Positions 47,753-57,254 of a DNA stretch of 64,000 nucleotides are shown in pieces (position 1 is the stretch's first letter; each line of letters begins with the position of its first letter). The stretch is from an uncultured Muribaculaceae bacterium (GTDB lineage Bacteria > Bacillota_I > Bacilli_A > RF39 > UBA660), in the NCBI GenBank assembly GCA_964630365.1, contig CAZVUP010000004.1, forward strand, positions 1,970-65,969, given 5' to 3'. The notes under the pieces are model-generated. The model ran no database searches. It was not told the DNA's origin and saw only the letters and a list, made by a program, of their open reading frames with translations. Made by a program: the position numbers and the translations under genes.

Positions 47753-48782
47753 AATCATCTCTCCTTGGTAATGGTGGTGGTGTTTTAACATATTGCTTTG
47801 GTCTATCTGTACTAAGTAGTGGCGGAGGGCAAGGTTTAGCCATCATCCTAGCCTCAATATAAAAATTATAATCATCATGATGCTTAATAACATGTTTTCT
47901 TTTTATTATTTCATTTTCATCTACCCCATTTAGATTTTTAAAAGACAAATCATAATAACTAACACCATTAATATCTCTTAATTCGTTCCATACATGATAT
48001 TTGTTTTTATCAGGGGTACTCGCTAAAAGAATACCTTGAGTTAAAAAGCAAGGACACTTTAAATAATAATTGTTTAAAATAACTTTTAATAAGCCTGATC
48101 TTCCAGCACATACTCCAGTTTTTCTTTTAAAAGTCATTATTGGATCTTGACTATATTCACACCCTGGTTTTAAACCTGTATCAGTTGTTGCAGCTAATTC
48201 AAATCCTATGTTTTTTAAACACCAATCATAAGCAAAATTCATTTTTTCTTGTGCATTTAAATTTCTCAAATGAGGATATTTATCATAAAAATCCCTAGCA
48301 ATTTTTCGCATTTCTATTACTCTATTTCTAGCTTTTGGAGTAAGTTTACTAAGTAACACTCTATAATCAACATCATTTAGTCGCAAAGCCCACCAATCAA
48401 AATCATTAGCCTCACAATATTCAAACTCTCTAGCCTCTGTCCAGTTATCAAATAAATTAGTAATTTTAACATTATCTGGTAAATTTTTATAATTTAATTT
48501 AACACAAGAGCCAAACTTCATATTAAATCTATTTAAAGACAAAATAATTATTCTATTTGTTCTAATATCTGCCAAAGAATCAAAAAGAGCATTAAAGCTT
48601 GCAACATCATTTGCACTAGCTTTAACATTTATTATAACTTTTCTAACATAATAAGGTAATGAATTAATATTATCAATCAGTGTATCAGTAATTTCACTAG
48701 AAATATCTCCCGAAATTATTAGCGTCATATTATCAAGCAATTTATATTTTAAACCACACTGATCATTCCAATTTATCTGCAT
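47739..48782 (-). CDS. Transglutaminase-like cysteine-protease-fold protein with a Pro-rich tail
   Basis: The core motifs are KTGVCAGRSGLL (Cys) and KYHVWNELRDINGVSYYDLS (His and Asp). The C-terminal tail reads PCPPPLLSTDRPKQYVKTPPPLPRRDDYGYN. The start is set at MQINWND after GGGGGAG. Confidence 0.6.
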   Translation of the reverse strand: MQINWNDQCGLKYKLLDNMTLIISGDISSEITDTLIDNINSLPYYVRKVIINVKASANDVASFNALFDSLADIRTNRIIILSLNRFNMKFGSCVKLNYKNLPDNVKITNLFDNWTEAREFEYCEANDFDWWALRLNDVDYRVLLSKLTPKARNRVIEMRKIARDFYDKYPHLRNLNAQEKMNFAYDWCLKNIGFELAATTDTGLKPGCEYSQDPIMTFKRKTGVCAGRSGLLKVILNNYYLKCPCFLTQGILLASTPDKNKYHVWNELRDINGVSYYDLSFKNLNGVDENEIIKRKHVIKHHDDYNFYIEARMMAKPCPPPLLSTDRPKQYVKTPPPLPRRDDYGYN

Positions 48783-48810
48783 AATATACTCCCCCTTTTT
48801 TACTTCACAT

Positions 48811-48839
48811 ATTATATCACAAATAAATAAATAAAGCAA
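48811..48839 (-). promoter_or_regulatory. Sigma-A-type promoter with extended -10
   Basis: The minus strand reads TTGCTT (48834-48839), a 17-nt spacer, then TGaTATAAT (-10 at 48811-48816). Confidence 0.55.
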
Positions 48840-48840
48840 A

Positions 48841-48869
48841 AAAAAACGTAATTACTAATTGTAATTACG
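48841..48869 (-). terminator. Rho-independent terminator
   Basis: A 9-bp stem pairs CGTAATTAC (48847-48855) with GTAATTACG (48861-48869), and T8 follows on the minus strand. The stop codon is embedded in the hairpin. Confidence 0.65.
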
Positions 48870-49590
48870 CCTCAAAATTACCGGTTGCTTTTAAATTTTT
48901 AGATAAATCATAATAATTTCCATCACTTCTTTTAGCAATAATTGTTTGGCCCCAACCAGCACCTTCTTTAATACCTGAACTTGCAGATAATATACTTACT
49001 ACATCTTCTACACCTTCAAGTGTTCCATAAGAATTAAATCTTTGATTTTCATCTTGTGGTGGATATTTTACATCCTTATACAATGGAGTATATTGAACAG
49101 TACCATCTTCCATTAAATATAAAATAACCTCATAGCCTGCTGCTTGTCCAAAACCTCCAACAAATGCTTGTGCGATTTTTTTATCAAAAGTTTTTGTAAC
49201 TCTTGAACGAGTGCCATCAGTAGCCCCTCCGCACTCTCCACCATATATTGAGCATAACTTAACATTATCATATTCAATAATAGCTGTCTTCAAATCATCT
49301 TTAACACTAACAGATAAATTTATTGCTGAAAAATATGCCTCAAGATGATATACTACATTTTCATCACCATTCAAACAATCCTTCAAACCATACTCCACAG
49401 TATTCATAACAGTTTGGTCATTAACTTCACTCTTATCACTACTAGCTTTTGTAGTAACAACTTCTCCATCACTAAATATCTTATCTTTATTAACAAAGAT
49501 AAAACCACCAAGTCCACAACATATTAGTAATAATAAAACTACTAAGAAAACCAAACCACCATTACCTTTTTTCTTTTCTTTTCCTTCCAT
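48865..49590 (-). CDS. Membrane-anchored extracytoplasmic hypothetical protein
   Basis: An N-terminal basic stretch and TM helix (GGLVFLVVLLLLICCGLGGFIF) precede a ~200-aa domain with 4 Cys. No family was recognised. Confidence 0.5.
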   Translation of the reverse strand: MEGKEKKKGNGGLVFLVVLLLLICCGLGGFIFVNKDKIFSDGEVVTTKASSDKSEVNDQTVMNTVEYGLKDCLNGDENVVYHLEAYFSAINLSVSVKDDLKTAIIEYDNVKLCSIYGGECGGATDGTRSRVTKTFDKKIAQAFVGGFGQAAGYEVILYLMEDGTVQYTPLYKDVKYPPQDENQRFNSYGTLEGVEDVVSILSASSGIKEGAGWGQTIIAKRSDGNYYDLSKNLKATGNFEA

Positions 49591-49679
49591 TTTTTCACCT
49601 CAAAATAATTATATCGCACACAAATAAAAAATGTTATGTTTATAAGAATAATAATTTGTCAATTGACAAAAAAAGAAAG

Positions 49680-50228
49680 TTATTTAACTTTCTTCATCAA
49701 TCTCTTTAAATAATTCTTTGCTTGAGTAATTCTAACTTCCAAACTACTCTTAAGTCTAGGAAACACCGCTGGTATAATAAATACTACTAACCATAAACAA
49801 TCAAAGTAATTCCCCACTAACAAAGCATGAATTCCTAATATAACAACTGCAACTGCAAAAAGCAAAAGACAAACAACAACAATTAAATTAGAAATATTTT
49901 TAAAGTTACTTAAGTTTTCAAAATCAATTTCTTTCTTAGAAAGTAATTTATCTGCTCTTTCTGTAAAACGCCTATATCTAGCATTAAAATCTTCAGAATT
50001 CTCTATTTTAACACTTGACTCATATAAGTCTCCACGATACAAAAATTTCCCATCAGGTAAAACACTAACATCAACATTAGCATAATTATCAATCTTAAAG
50101 TTAATATTAAATTCTTCAGAAAGTATTTTAATAACTTTATTTCGACATTTATTTGAAATAAAACCTGATTCATTCATATAGACTTTTAATTCATTGTTAA
50201 TTCTATTTAATCTTTCTTGTTCAATCAT
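49680..50228 (-). CDS. Hypothetical protein with two C-terminal TM helices
   Basis: This is a 182-aa ORF with a soluble N-terminal half and two hydrophobic helices near the C-terminus. Confidence 0.5.
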   Translation of the reverse strand: MIEQERLNRINNELKVYMNESGFISNKCRNKVIKILSEEFNINFKIDNYANVDVSVLPDGKFLYRGDLYESSVKIENSEDFNARYRRFTERADKLLSKKEIDFENLSNFKNISNLIVVVCLLLFAVAVVILGIHALLVGNYFDCLWLVVFIIPAVFPRLKSSLEVRITQAKNYLKRLMKKVK

Positions 50229-50237
50229 AATTTCCCC

Positions 50238-50960
50238 TTAATCTTCTTTTAAATTATAATAAACATCTTGTACATCATCTAATTCCTCTAAAGCATCAAC
50301 AAGCTTCATAACTTTTTCTTGACCTTCACTGTCAAGCTCTACTTCCATATTTGGAACATAAGTCAAAGTACATTCTAAAAACTCTTTAACCCCAGCAGCT
50401 TCTAAGGCATCTCTTACACTAGTAAATGTATTTTGATCAGTAGAAATAACATAATTATCTTCTACTTTCTCAAAATCAAGCGCTCCAGCGTCAAGAGAAG
50501 CCATCATCATTTCATCTTCATCATAATCAGCAGGAATTACAATTGAACCACGACGCTCGAACATATAACTAACTGATCCATCAGTTCCAAGGTTTCCTCC
50601 TGCTTTCGTAAAAGAACTTCTAACTTGCGAAGCAGTCCTATTTCTATTATCAGTTAAACAATCAACCATAAAAGCAACTCCACCATGTCCATAACCTTCA
50701 TAACGAACACTTTCATAATTAGCGCCATCAGCACCACCAGTTGCCTTTTCTATTGCTTTTTGGATATTATCTTTTGGCATATTTTGCGCTTTTGCTTTAT
50801 CAACTGCCAATCTTAAAGCTGCATTTTGATTAGGATCTGGACTACCACCTTTTGCTGCTACCATAATTTCTTTAGCTAATTTTTGAAATATTTTACCTCT
50901 TTGTTGATCTAACAATCCCTTTTTTCTATGGATTGTTGCCCACTTTGAATGTCCACTCAT
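50238..50960 (-). CDS. yebC: YebC/PmpR-family DNA-binding regulator
   Basis: The sequence MSGHSKWATIHRKKG...GKIFQKLAKEI is diagnostic of the YebC/TACO1 family. Confidence 0.95.
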   Translation of the reverse strand: MSGHSKWATIHRKKGLLDQQRGKIFQKLAKEIMVAAKGGSPDPNQNAALRLAVDKAKAQNMPKDNIQKAIEKATGGADGANYESVRYEGYGHGGVAFMVDCLTDNRNRTASQVRSSFTKAGGNLGTDGSVSYMFERRGSIVIPADYDEDEMMMASLDAGALDFEKVEDNYVISTDQNTFTSVRDALEAAGVKEFLECTLTYVPNMEVELDSEGQEKVMKLVDALEELDDVQDVYYNLKED

Positions 50961-51071
50961 TTTATTCCTCCTCGCTTTACTACGTAATTATAATATCATA
51001 AATATTAAATTTATCCAATAATTTATTTTTACTTTAAAACAATATTACGTTATAATTAATTTGGTGATAAT

Positions 51072-51392
51072 ATGTATATCATTTTAAATAAGAAAAAAAT
51101 AGAAATAAAAGAACCAACTTCATTCTGGGACAAATTTAAAGGACTAAAATTTATTTTAAATCCTATCGATTATGGTATACTTTTCAGAAATAAAAAATTT
51201 ATTACAACAAATTTTCACTGTCAAAGAATAGATATTATAATTACTGATGAAGATAATCGAATAATTGCTATTTATAAAGATATAGGTAGTGAAAAATACA
51301 TAATTAATTTAAAGGCTAAAAACACCTATTTTTTTCCTTTACAAACAGCCGAAAATTTTCGAATAAATGACATTTTAAAAATAAAAAAATAA
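51072..51392 (+). CDS. DUF192-like small protein
   Basis: The 106-aa protein follows a GGTGAT RBS. The pattern FWDKFKGLKF...GILF...RIDIIITDEDNRIIAI resembles DUF192 (COG1430). Confidence 0.5.
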   Translation: MYIILNKKKIEIKEPTSFWDKFKGLKFILNPIDYGILFRNKKFITTNFHCQRIDIIITDEDNRIIAIYKDIGSEKYIINLKAKNTYFFPLQTAENFRINDILKIKK

Positions 51393-51413
51393 AGAATCCT
51401 TCAGGATTCTTTA
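51392..51413. terminator. Bidirectional terminator between convergent genes
   Basis: AAAGAATCC (51392-51400) pairs with GGATTCTTT (51405-51413) around the loop TTCA. Confidence 0.6.
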
Positions 51414-52211
51414 TTTGTTCATCTCTTTATACATCATTGTTTTTTCAACTATTCTTTTAATAGTTTGATCATTAAATGGTTTTTCTAGCATATCAACAAT
51501 ATCATATGTAAAAGCTCTATCTATTGTCTCTTTTGAAGAATCTCCAGATATTATTGATACTGGCATTTTTTTAAATAGATCATTTTGTCTCATAAATTCA
51601 AGTACACCAAAACCATCTACTTTTGGCATTTTTAAATCAAGTAAAACTGCTTCTATTAATTCATTATTCATATTGGCTTTTAAAACTGCAATTGCTTCTT
51701 CACCATCTTTAGCAATACCAACAGTATATTTATCACTGAATATCCTTTTTACAAAATTTCTAACTATATTAGAATCATCAACAACTAAAATAGTCTTCTT
51801 ATCAAAAACAGCATTAGCCTGTGTTTCAATATCATTAACATTTCTTGAATCATCACCATTCATATATTCTTGAATTAAAACAATAGTCTTATTTGTTTCT
51901 TCAATTAAATCATTAATATGCTCAGAAATGTATACCAAATCACCTATTTTACTCTTTTTTTCATGCTCATAAGCCATATCTGCAAGAGCTTTAAATCCAA
52001 AACTCTTTGCATCATTTTTCATTGAATGAACATAAACTTCATATGTAAACAAATCGTTAGCTTCAAACAACTTAATTAACTGACTTATTTTTGTATGAAT
52101 ACCAACTAAAAACTCTCCTAGCGTGTTATTATATGTTTCTTCATCACCAAAAACATTCATACTACTTTGAACATCTACACCATGTTCTTCTAAAAATTTA
52201 ATACTCTTCAT
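51411..52211 (-). CDS. Hpt-REC fusion protein (phosphotransfer domain plus CheY-like receiver, no output domain)
   Basis: The Hpt motif is VHSMKNDAKSFG. The receiver has VVDDS, the phospho-acceptor context VLLDLKMPKVDG, SIISGD and LEKPF. Confidence 0.8.
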   Translation of the reverse strand: MKSIKFLEEHGVDVQSSMNVFGDEETYNNTLGEFLVGIHTKISQLIKLFEANDLFTYEVYVHSMKNDAKSFGFKALADMAYEHEKKSKIGDLVYISEHINDLIEETNKTIVLIQEYMNGDDSRNVNDIETQANAVFDKKTILVVDDSNIVRNFVKRIFSDKYTVGIAKDGEEAIAVLKANMNNELIEAVLLDLKMPKVDGFGVLEFMRQNDLFKKMPVSIISGDSSKETIDRAFTYDIVDMLEKPFNDQTIKRIVEKTMMYKEMNK

Positions 52212-52233
52212 AAAACACCTCTATCTTGAATAA

Positions 52234-52262
52234 ATTATATAACACAAAAAAAGAAATTACAA
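52234..52262 (-). promoter_or_regulatory. Promoter-like element upstream of the Hpt-REC gene
   Basis: The minus strand reads TTGTAA (52257-52262), a 17-nt spacer, then TATAAT (52234-52239). Confidence 0.45.
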
Positions 52263-52266
52263 TTAC

Positions 52267-54294
52267 TTATTTCTTAATAAGTGTGTAATTTCTCTGATTA
52301 GTAGCATTCTCTAAATATTTAGCTTTATTATTTCTGATAATTTCTAAAAAGCTCTTATTATCAGGGCTAAGATAATATTCTTCAATACTATCAATAGCCA
52401 TATCACCAAGTTCTTCTTCTCCTTTTAAATAACATGACTTGGCATAAAGAAGAGTCTCATTTACAAGCCTATTTTCAACTCTCCTAGTAACTTTAGAAAA
52501 ATCCCTATTATAGCCAGACTCTTTAGCCATTGCATTAGCAACTATCAAAGAATCTAGTGCTTCATCATAATGATTAAGTTTATATAAACAACAACCATAA
52601 TAGAAATAAATAATTTCGTGAGGATTACCGCCCATAATAAGTTTTCTAAAAACCATTAAAGCTTCCATATATTTTTGATTACCATAAAGTTCTTTAGCAA
52701 TAATAAACTCTTCCTTAAAGTTAATATATTCAAAACTTCTTCTTCTAAGAACTATTCTATCTTTATTACGATAATTAATTTTAAAAGAAGCAACCTCTTT
52801 AGAATAATTATCTAAATCACCTAAAATCTTATTTGTTTGCTTTGGAGATAAAACTGGAACTAAATAAACATATCTCTCATCTTTAATAATCTCTAATAAT
52901 TTATCTACAAAGTCTTTTTTACTAGTGACTGGCTTTTTTGGTTTTTCTTTTTGATCTATTACTTTATTATCTGTAATTCTCTCAACCATATTAACAAGAT
53001 CTGATATATATGGATACCTAACACCTAATATTCTTGCTCCATATATTAAATTTAGATAAACTCTAGCAGAATCTTTATCATGCATATCTACTGCTTCTTG
53101 AAATTTTTGTAAGTGATAATCCAAATCAAATTTATAACTATTATTTCTAATATCTGCTAAAGAATTGTTAATGAGCTCATTAATACTACTATCTTTTCCA
53201 GCAAGCATTATATAAGCATCAAACAAAAATAAATAATCACTCTTATTAATCGAATATAAATATCTACTGATAGTAGATAAAACTAAAGATGTATCAATTG
53301 AAGTATTATCACTTAAATTTTTAACAATACTAGGGACATCAGAAACTTGCTTATTATTTTTTACATCATCAATAATTTTAATTACTTTTAGCAATAGAAC
53401 ATACAAAATATTCTTATTAGCATTATCACCTTTCTTAGCATATATATAAGCTACTAAATCTTCAAAATGATTATTATAAAGGCTCTCCGTCAAATCATCT
53501 TGATCAAATTCAGACACCACCTCAGGAATAGCTCCTTTTTGCAAAACATCAAAATAAGTTTGTAAAAGATATAAAATTTTTGCTTCTTTCTTTGATAATA
53601 TACTACTATCTTTTTTTTCAAGCATACGCTTAGCCTCTAATAAACAATCAGCTTTTATTGCTCCAGCAACTTTGTGCAAAAAATCTTTTTGTAGCGAACT
53701 AGCTTTAGTTAATAACTTAGAATCAGCAGAAATAGAAAAAGTATTAGTGCCAGAGACCATTCCGTTATGATTTACTTTATGAGCGAAAACATACTCATTG
53801 TGATATACAGCTTCTCTAACTTTATTTGTATCATCTAACTGAACATTATTTTCTAGCAATAAATCATTAAGATTTAAACTTGCTACATAATCCTTGTATT
53901 TTATTGGCAAATCACAAAGATAGTTTAAAATATATAATTTATAATTAAAATCTGCCTCACTTTTCAAAACATCAAAATATTTATTTAGTAAGATAATAAT
54001 TTTTTCAAAATTATCACTTTCAATAAAATAATCAAAAAATACATAAAAAACTTTCTTATCGTTTTTATCAATTAAATACTTAAAAAGATACTCTGCTTCT
54101 TCAAAACGCGAATTCTTATAACACCCAACAGCATATATAGCAAGTGAAAAATCATCTCCTAAAGAAAGATTCTTTTTACTATCACAAACTAATACTTCTT
54201 CTAAAAGTAAGTCACTAATTATGATACCTGGTATTTTTATTTGATCCATTGAAATATTTTTGGTTCTTCTTAATAATTCAAATAATTCAATCAT
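52267..54294 (-). CDS. Large TPR-like helical-repeat protein, paralog B
   Basis: The 675-aa protein has a C-terminal block (YFYYGCCLYKLNHYDEALDSLIVANAMAKESGYNRDF...LYAKSCYLKGEEELGD) that is paralogous to the upstream gene. Confidence 0.65.
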   Translation of the reverse strand: MIELFELLRRTKNISMDQIKIPGIIISDLLLEEVLVCDSKKNLSLGDDFSLAIYAVGCYKNSRFEEAEYLFKYLIDKNDKKVFYVFFDYFIESDNFEKIIILLNKYFDVLKSEADFNYKLYILNYLCDLPIKYKDYVASLNLNDLLLENNVQLDDTNKVREAVYHNEYVFAHKVNHNGMVSGTNTFSISADSKLLTKASSLQKDFLHKVAGAIKADCLLEAKRMLEKKDSSILSKKEAKILYLLQTYFDVLQKGAIPEVVSEFDQDDLTESLYNNHFEDLVAYIYAKKGDNANKNILYVLLLKVIKIIDDVKNNKQVSDVPSIVKNLSDNTSIDTSLVLSTISRYLYSINKSDYLFLFDAYIMLAGKDSSINELINNSLADIRNNSYKFDLDYHLQKFQEAVDMHDKDSARVYLNLIYGARILGVRYPYISDLVNMVERITDNKVIDQKEKPKKPVTSKKDFVDKLLEIIKDERYVYLVPVLSPKQTNKILGDLDNYSKEVASFKINYRNKDRIVLRRRSFEYINFKEEFIIAKELYGNQKYMEALMVFRKLIMGGNPHEIIYFYYGCCLYKLNHYDEALDSLIVANAMAKESGYNRDFSKVTRRVENRLVNETLLYAKSCYLKGEEELGDMAIDSIEEYYLSPDNKSFLEIIRNNKAKYLENATNQRNYTLIKK

Positions 54295-54323
54295 AAAAAC
54301 ATCTCCCTATAATATATATACAA

Positions 54324-56543
54324 TTATCTTTTAATTACCAAACAATTCATATGTTGATTTTTACGATGTGAATAAAATAATCGATTAGCCTTTAAATTCT
54401 TTATAAGTAATTTTAAAAGATCTGTTTTATTTCGACTTTTAATTACTTCCCTCAAGTATCTATCACCACATTCAAGATCGCCATCAGAATAACAATCTCT
54501 AGCATAAACAAGTTTTGCATAATTAATTTTTTCCATAGTTAAACCAAGTTTTTCAACTGTCTCTTCTAAACTAAGGCCACCATCACGAGATAGTTCAATT
54601 AATGAATTTATAAGATCAGCTTCACTTCTAAATAATTCTTTGAAACTTCCCCCAAATTTTGATTGAAAAGATTGTCTTCTTCTTTTCTTACACTGTTCCA
54701 ATAAACCATCATAATTAGTATCCCAGCCTCTTCGTTTAACCATTGAGTTAGCAATTAATAAACAATCAATTGCTTCATTATATTCACCTAAATTATATAA
54801 TATCAAACCACATTTAGCATATACTCCCGCACTTGGTCTCCCAAAAGATAATAGTTCTCTACCATATTCTAAAGCTTTTCGATAGTTTTGAAAAACATAA
54901 TAATGTTGAAATTCTTCAACTAATGGTGCTATGTCAATATACTCTTCAGTATATTTTTTCTTTTTAATAGCAATTCTTTTATCATCACCATCATCAATAG
55001 TAAAAGCAACAGCATCATCAAAATGAGAAACCATCTCAAAAATTTCACTTGTTTTTTTGTAACCTAATGGTGGTAAAACTATTACACTTCGACCATTAGC
55101 TAACTCTTTCATTTTTAAACGAACATAGTTTTTTAATGATAATACTCCATAATCTTCATCAACTACCATAGTAGCAAACTTTTGCCCACCAAAACGTTCA
55201 TATAAAGAAGTTAATTCAAGCTCCAATTCTGGATTAAAAATAAATGTTTGACTATAATCTAATATGTCATAATATAATTTTGCTTTTGGAAATTCACCAG
55301 CATATAAAGCTTCTTTATAAAGATCAATATATTTAGTACTATCAAACTGAAATTCATCTTCACTTAAATCTGTAAGCAATTCAATTACCTTACTAAATGT
55401 TTGATCATTATCTAAAGTAGAAATCATTAAAACATCGCGAACTAAGTAATAATAATCAGCCATATCTATTTCACATAAGTATTCTTTTATAGCTTGATAA
55501 TCACCAATATATACCGCACTAATAGCCCTATCTAAAGTAGTACATTCATTCTTTTTATCTCTTCGAAGTTCAACTATTGAATTAATCAATTCATTAATCT
55601 TCTTAAGCATTAAATATAAAATATTATTAGAATTATAACCTCTATAAGAAGTTAAAGCTCTTCTAAAATCTAAATTATCAATATGATCATAAGTATTAGC
55701 ATTAGCAACTGTTTTATGAATAGGAATACGACATGTCTCAGAAATCTCTAAATAGGCATTAATTGTTTTTAAAGTATAAATATCATTTTTTGAAGCTCTA
55801 CCAGATTCTTGAAGTTTTTCTAGAATCTCTTGTACACTTTCAAAGTTATCATTTTCTATTTCCCTAGCCATTTTCCTGCCTAGTTTTTTATATTTAGTAT
55901 TAGCCATTTTTATAAGTTTAGCAGAAATACTATCATAAACTGTAACCTTACTTAAAGCATCCATTTTACGATCAGTTTTAATATCTGCTTCAATTGTATA
56001 ATTCTCATATACTGATCTTCTTATTTCATTTTCAAAACTATGTTGCATATATCTTTGATCATCCATTGATACAGAAATATCATCTAAAGTAAGATTTTTT
56101 ACTCGATCTAGAGTTTCAGAATCAATTCCATCAAAAGCCTTAGTCATTAACAAATAAAAATAATTTATATCTTTACTATAATATTCATCTCCAGCATAAA
56201 CTTTTTCTAAATTTTCTAAATGTTCTCTAAATACTTCTAATTTACCATCATCAATAGAATTATTTAAAAACCATAAATTAACAACAACGTTATATCTATC
56301 CTTTAAATAACAAATATCAATAAGCTTATTTGCAAACCCTTTATTACTTTTCCAGTTTTTTATCGCAAATATAAATAACTTATCAACACTACCTAAAGTA
56401 TACTCATTAGTAGCAGCTTGTTCTAAAAAACCACTAGAAATAAACTTCTCAATTTCATTATCACTAAACCCAATAGTAATTAGTTCATCTCTAGAGATAA
56501 AACCATTCTTCAAGATAGCATCTAAAATGCTAATTAAATTCAT
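54324..56543 (-). CDS. Large TPR-like helical-repeat protein, paralog A
   Basis: The start is set at MNLISILD after GGGGGT. The C-terminal block YAKCGLILYNLGEYNEAIDCLLIANSMVKRRGWDTNY...VYARDCYSDGDLECGD matches paralog B. Confidence 0.65.
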   Translation of the reverse strand: MNLISILDAILKNGFISRDELITIGFSDNEIEKFISSGFLEQAATNEYTLGSVDKLFIFAIKNWKSNKGFANKLIDICYLKDRYNVVVNLWFLNNSIDDGKLEVFREHLENLEKVYAGDEYYSKDINYFYLLMTKAFDGIDSETLDRVKNLTLDDISVSMDDQRYMQHSFENEIRRSVYENYTIEADIKTDRKMDALSKVTVYDSISAKLIKMANTKYKKLGRKMAREIENDNFESVQEILEKLQESGRASKNDIYTLKTINAYLEISETCRIPIHKTVANANTYDHIDNLDFRRALTSYRGYNSNNILYLMLKKINELINSIVELRRDKKNECTTLDRAISAVYIGDYQAIKEYLCEIDMADYYYLVRDVLMISTLDNDQTFSKVIELLTDLSEDEFQFDSTKYIDLYKEALYAGEFPKAKLYYDILDYSQTFIFNPELELELTSLYERFGGQKFATMVVDEDYGVLSLKNYVRLKMKELANGRSVIVLPPLGYKKTSEIFEMVSHFDDAVAFTIDDGDDKRIAIKKKKYTEEYIDIAPLVEEFQHYYVFQNYRKALEYGRELLSFGRPSAGVYAKCGLILYNLGEYNEAIDCLLIANSMVKRRGWDTNYDGLLEQCKKRRRQSFQSKFGGSFKELFRSEADLINSLIELSRDGGLSLEETVEKLGLTMEKINYAKLVYARDCYSDGDLECGDRYLREVIKSRNKTDLLKLLIKNLKANRLFYSHRKNQHMNCLVIKR

Positions 56544-56547
56544 ATTT

Positions 56548-57213
56548 TTACCCCCTATTATTATAAATAATTGGATAAGGATTTCCAAACTCCTCCATAG
56601 TTTTTACCATCAACTTACCCATTCCTTTTCTCTCGACTAACTCCTCAGCTGCACAAATAACTCCATGTGCCCATTCATCAGCATCTTCATAAAAATCAAA
56701 ACCTTCACCATGAGGTCCACCATCGCCTAAGGCCACCATAAAATCAATTTTCTCAGCAATTGCTCTATCAATTACTAATTCTGCTGCCTCCTCTGGCATT
56801 AATCCAATTAAAAGATTACAGTCAGCAAGTGAACTACTTTTAGTAAACTTTTCTCTGACAAGCTTTAAACTCATAGTATCTTCTTCGTATATACTTAGTC
56901 GTGGATCATAAACAACTAATCTACCAGTATCTAATTCAGCTTCAATTCTTTTCGCTAAACATGGAATAACTCCTCCACCTACTTCAACAATTCTTCTACC
57001 ATTAAGAGTAAAATTATCTTTAAGTAATTGAAAAAAGCCATCATAAATATTTAAATTACTTGGTAAAATTTCTAATTGATCATAAACTTCTCTAACATCC
57101 GCTGGTATAAATTGTTCAGTAATTACATAATCCAAAATAAGTTTCTTTTCATAATCTGTAAAAAGTTTTGGATACTGATCTAAATATTTACGTATTTGTT
57201 GCTGATAATCCAT
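56548..57213 (-). CDS. Rossmann-like protein (possibly UPF0146-like / methyltransferase fold)
   Basis: RRIVEVGGGVIPCLAKRI is a glycine-rich loop after a beta-strand. It is followed by LVVYDPR and CNLLIGLMPEEAAELVIDRAIAEKIDFMV. The start is set at MDYQQQ after AGGTGA. Confidence 0.4.
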   Translation of the reverse strand: MDYQQQIRKYLDQYPKLFTDYEKKLILDYVITEQFIPADVREVYDQLEILPSNLNIYDGFFQLLKDNFTLNGRRIVEVGGGVIPCLAKRIEAELDTGRLVVYDPRLSIYEEDTMSLKLVREKFTKSSSLADCNLLIGLMPEEAAELVIDRAIAEKIDFMVALGDGGPHGEGFDFYEDADEWAHGVICAAEELVERKGMGKLMVKTMEEFGNPYPIIYNNRG

Positions 57214-57254
57214 ATTAATCACCTATAAACAATATTAGAAAATATCATAGCACA

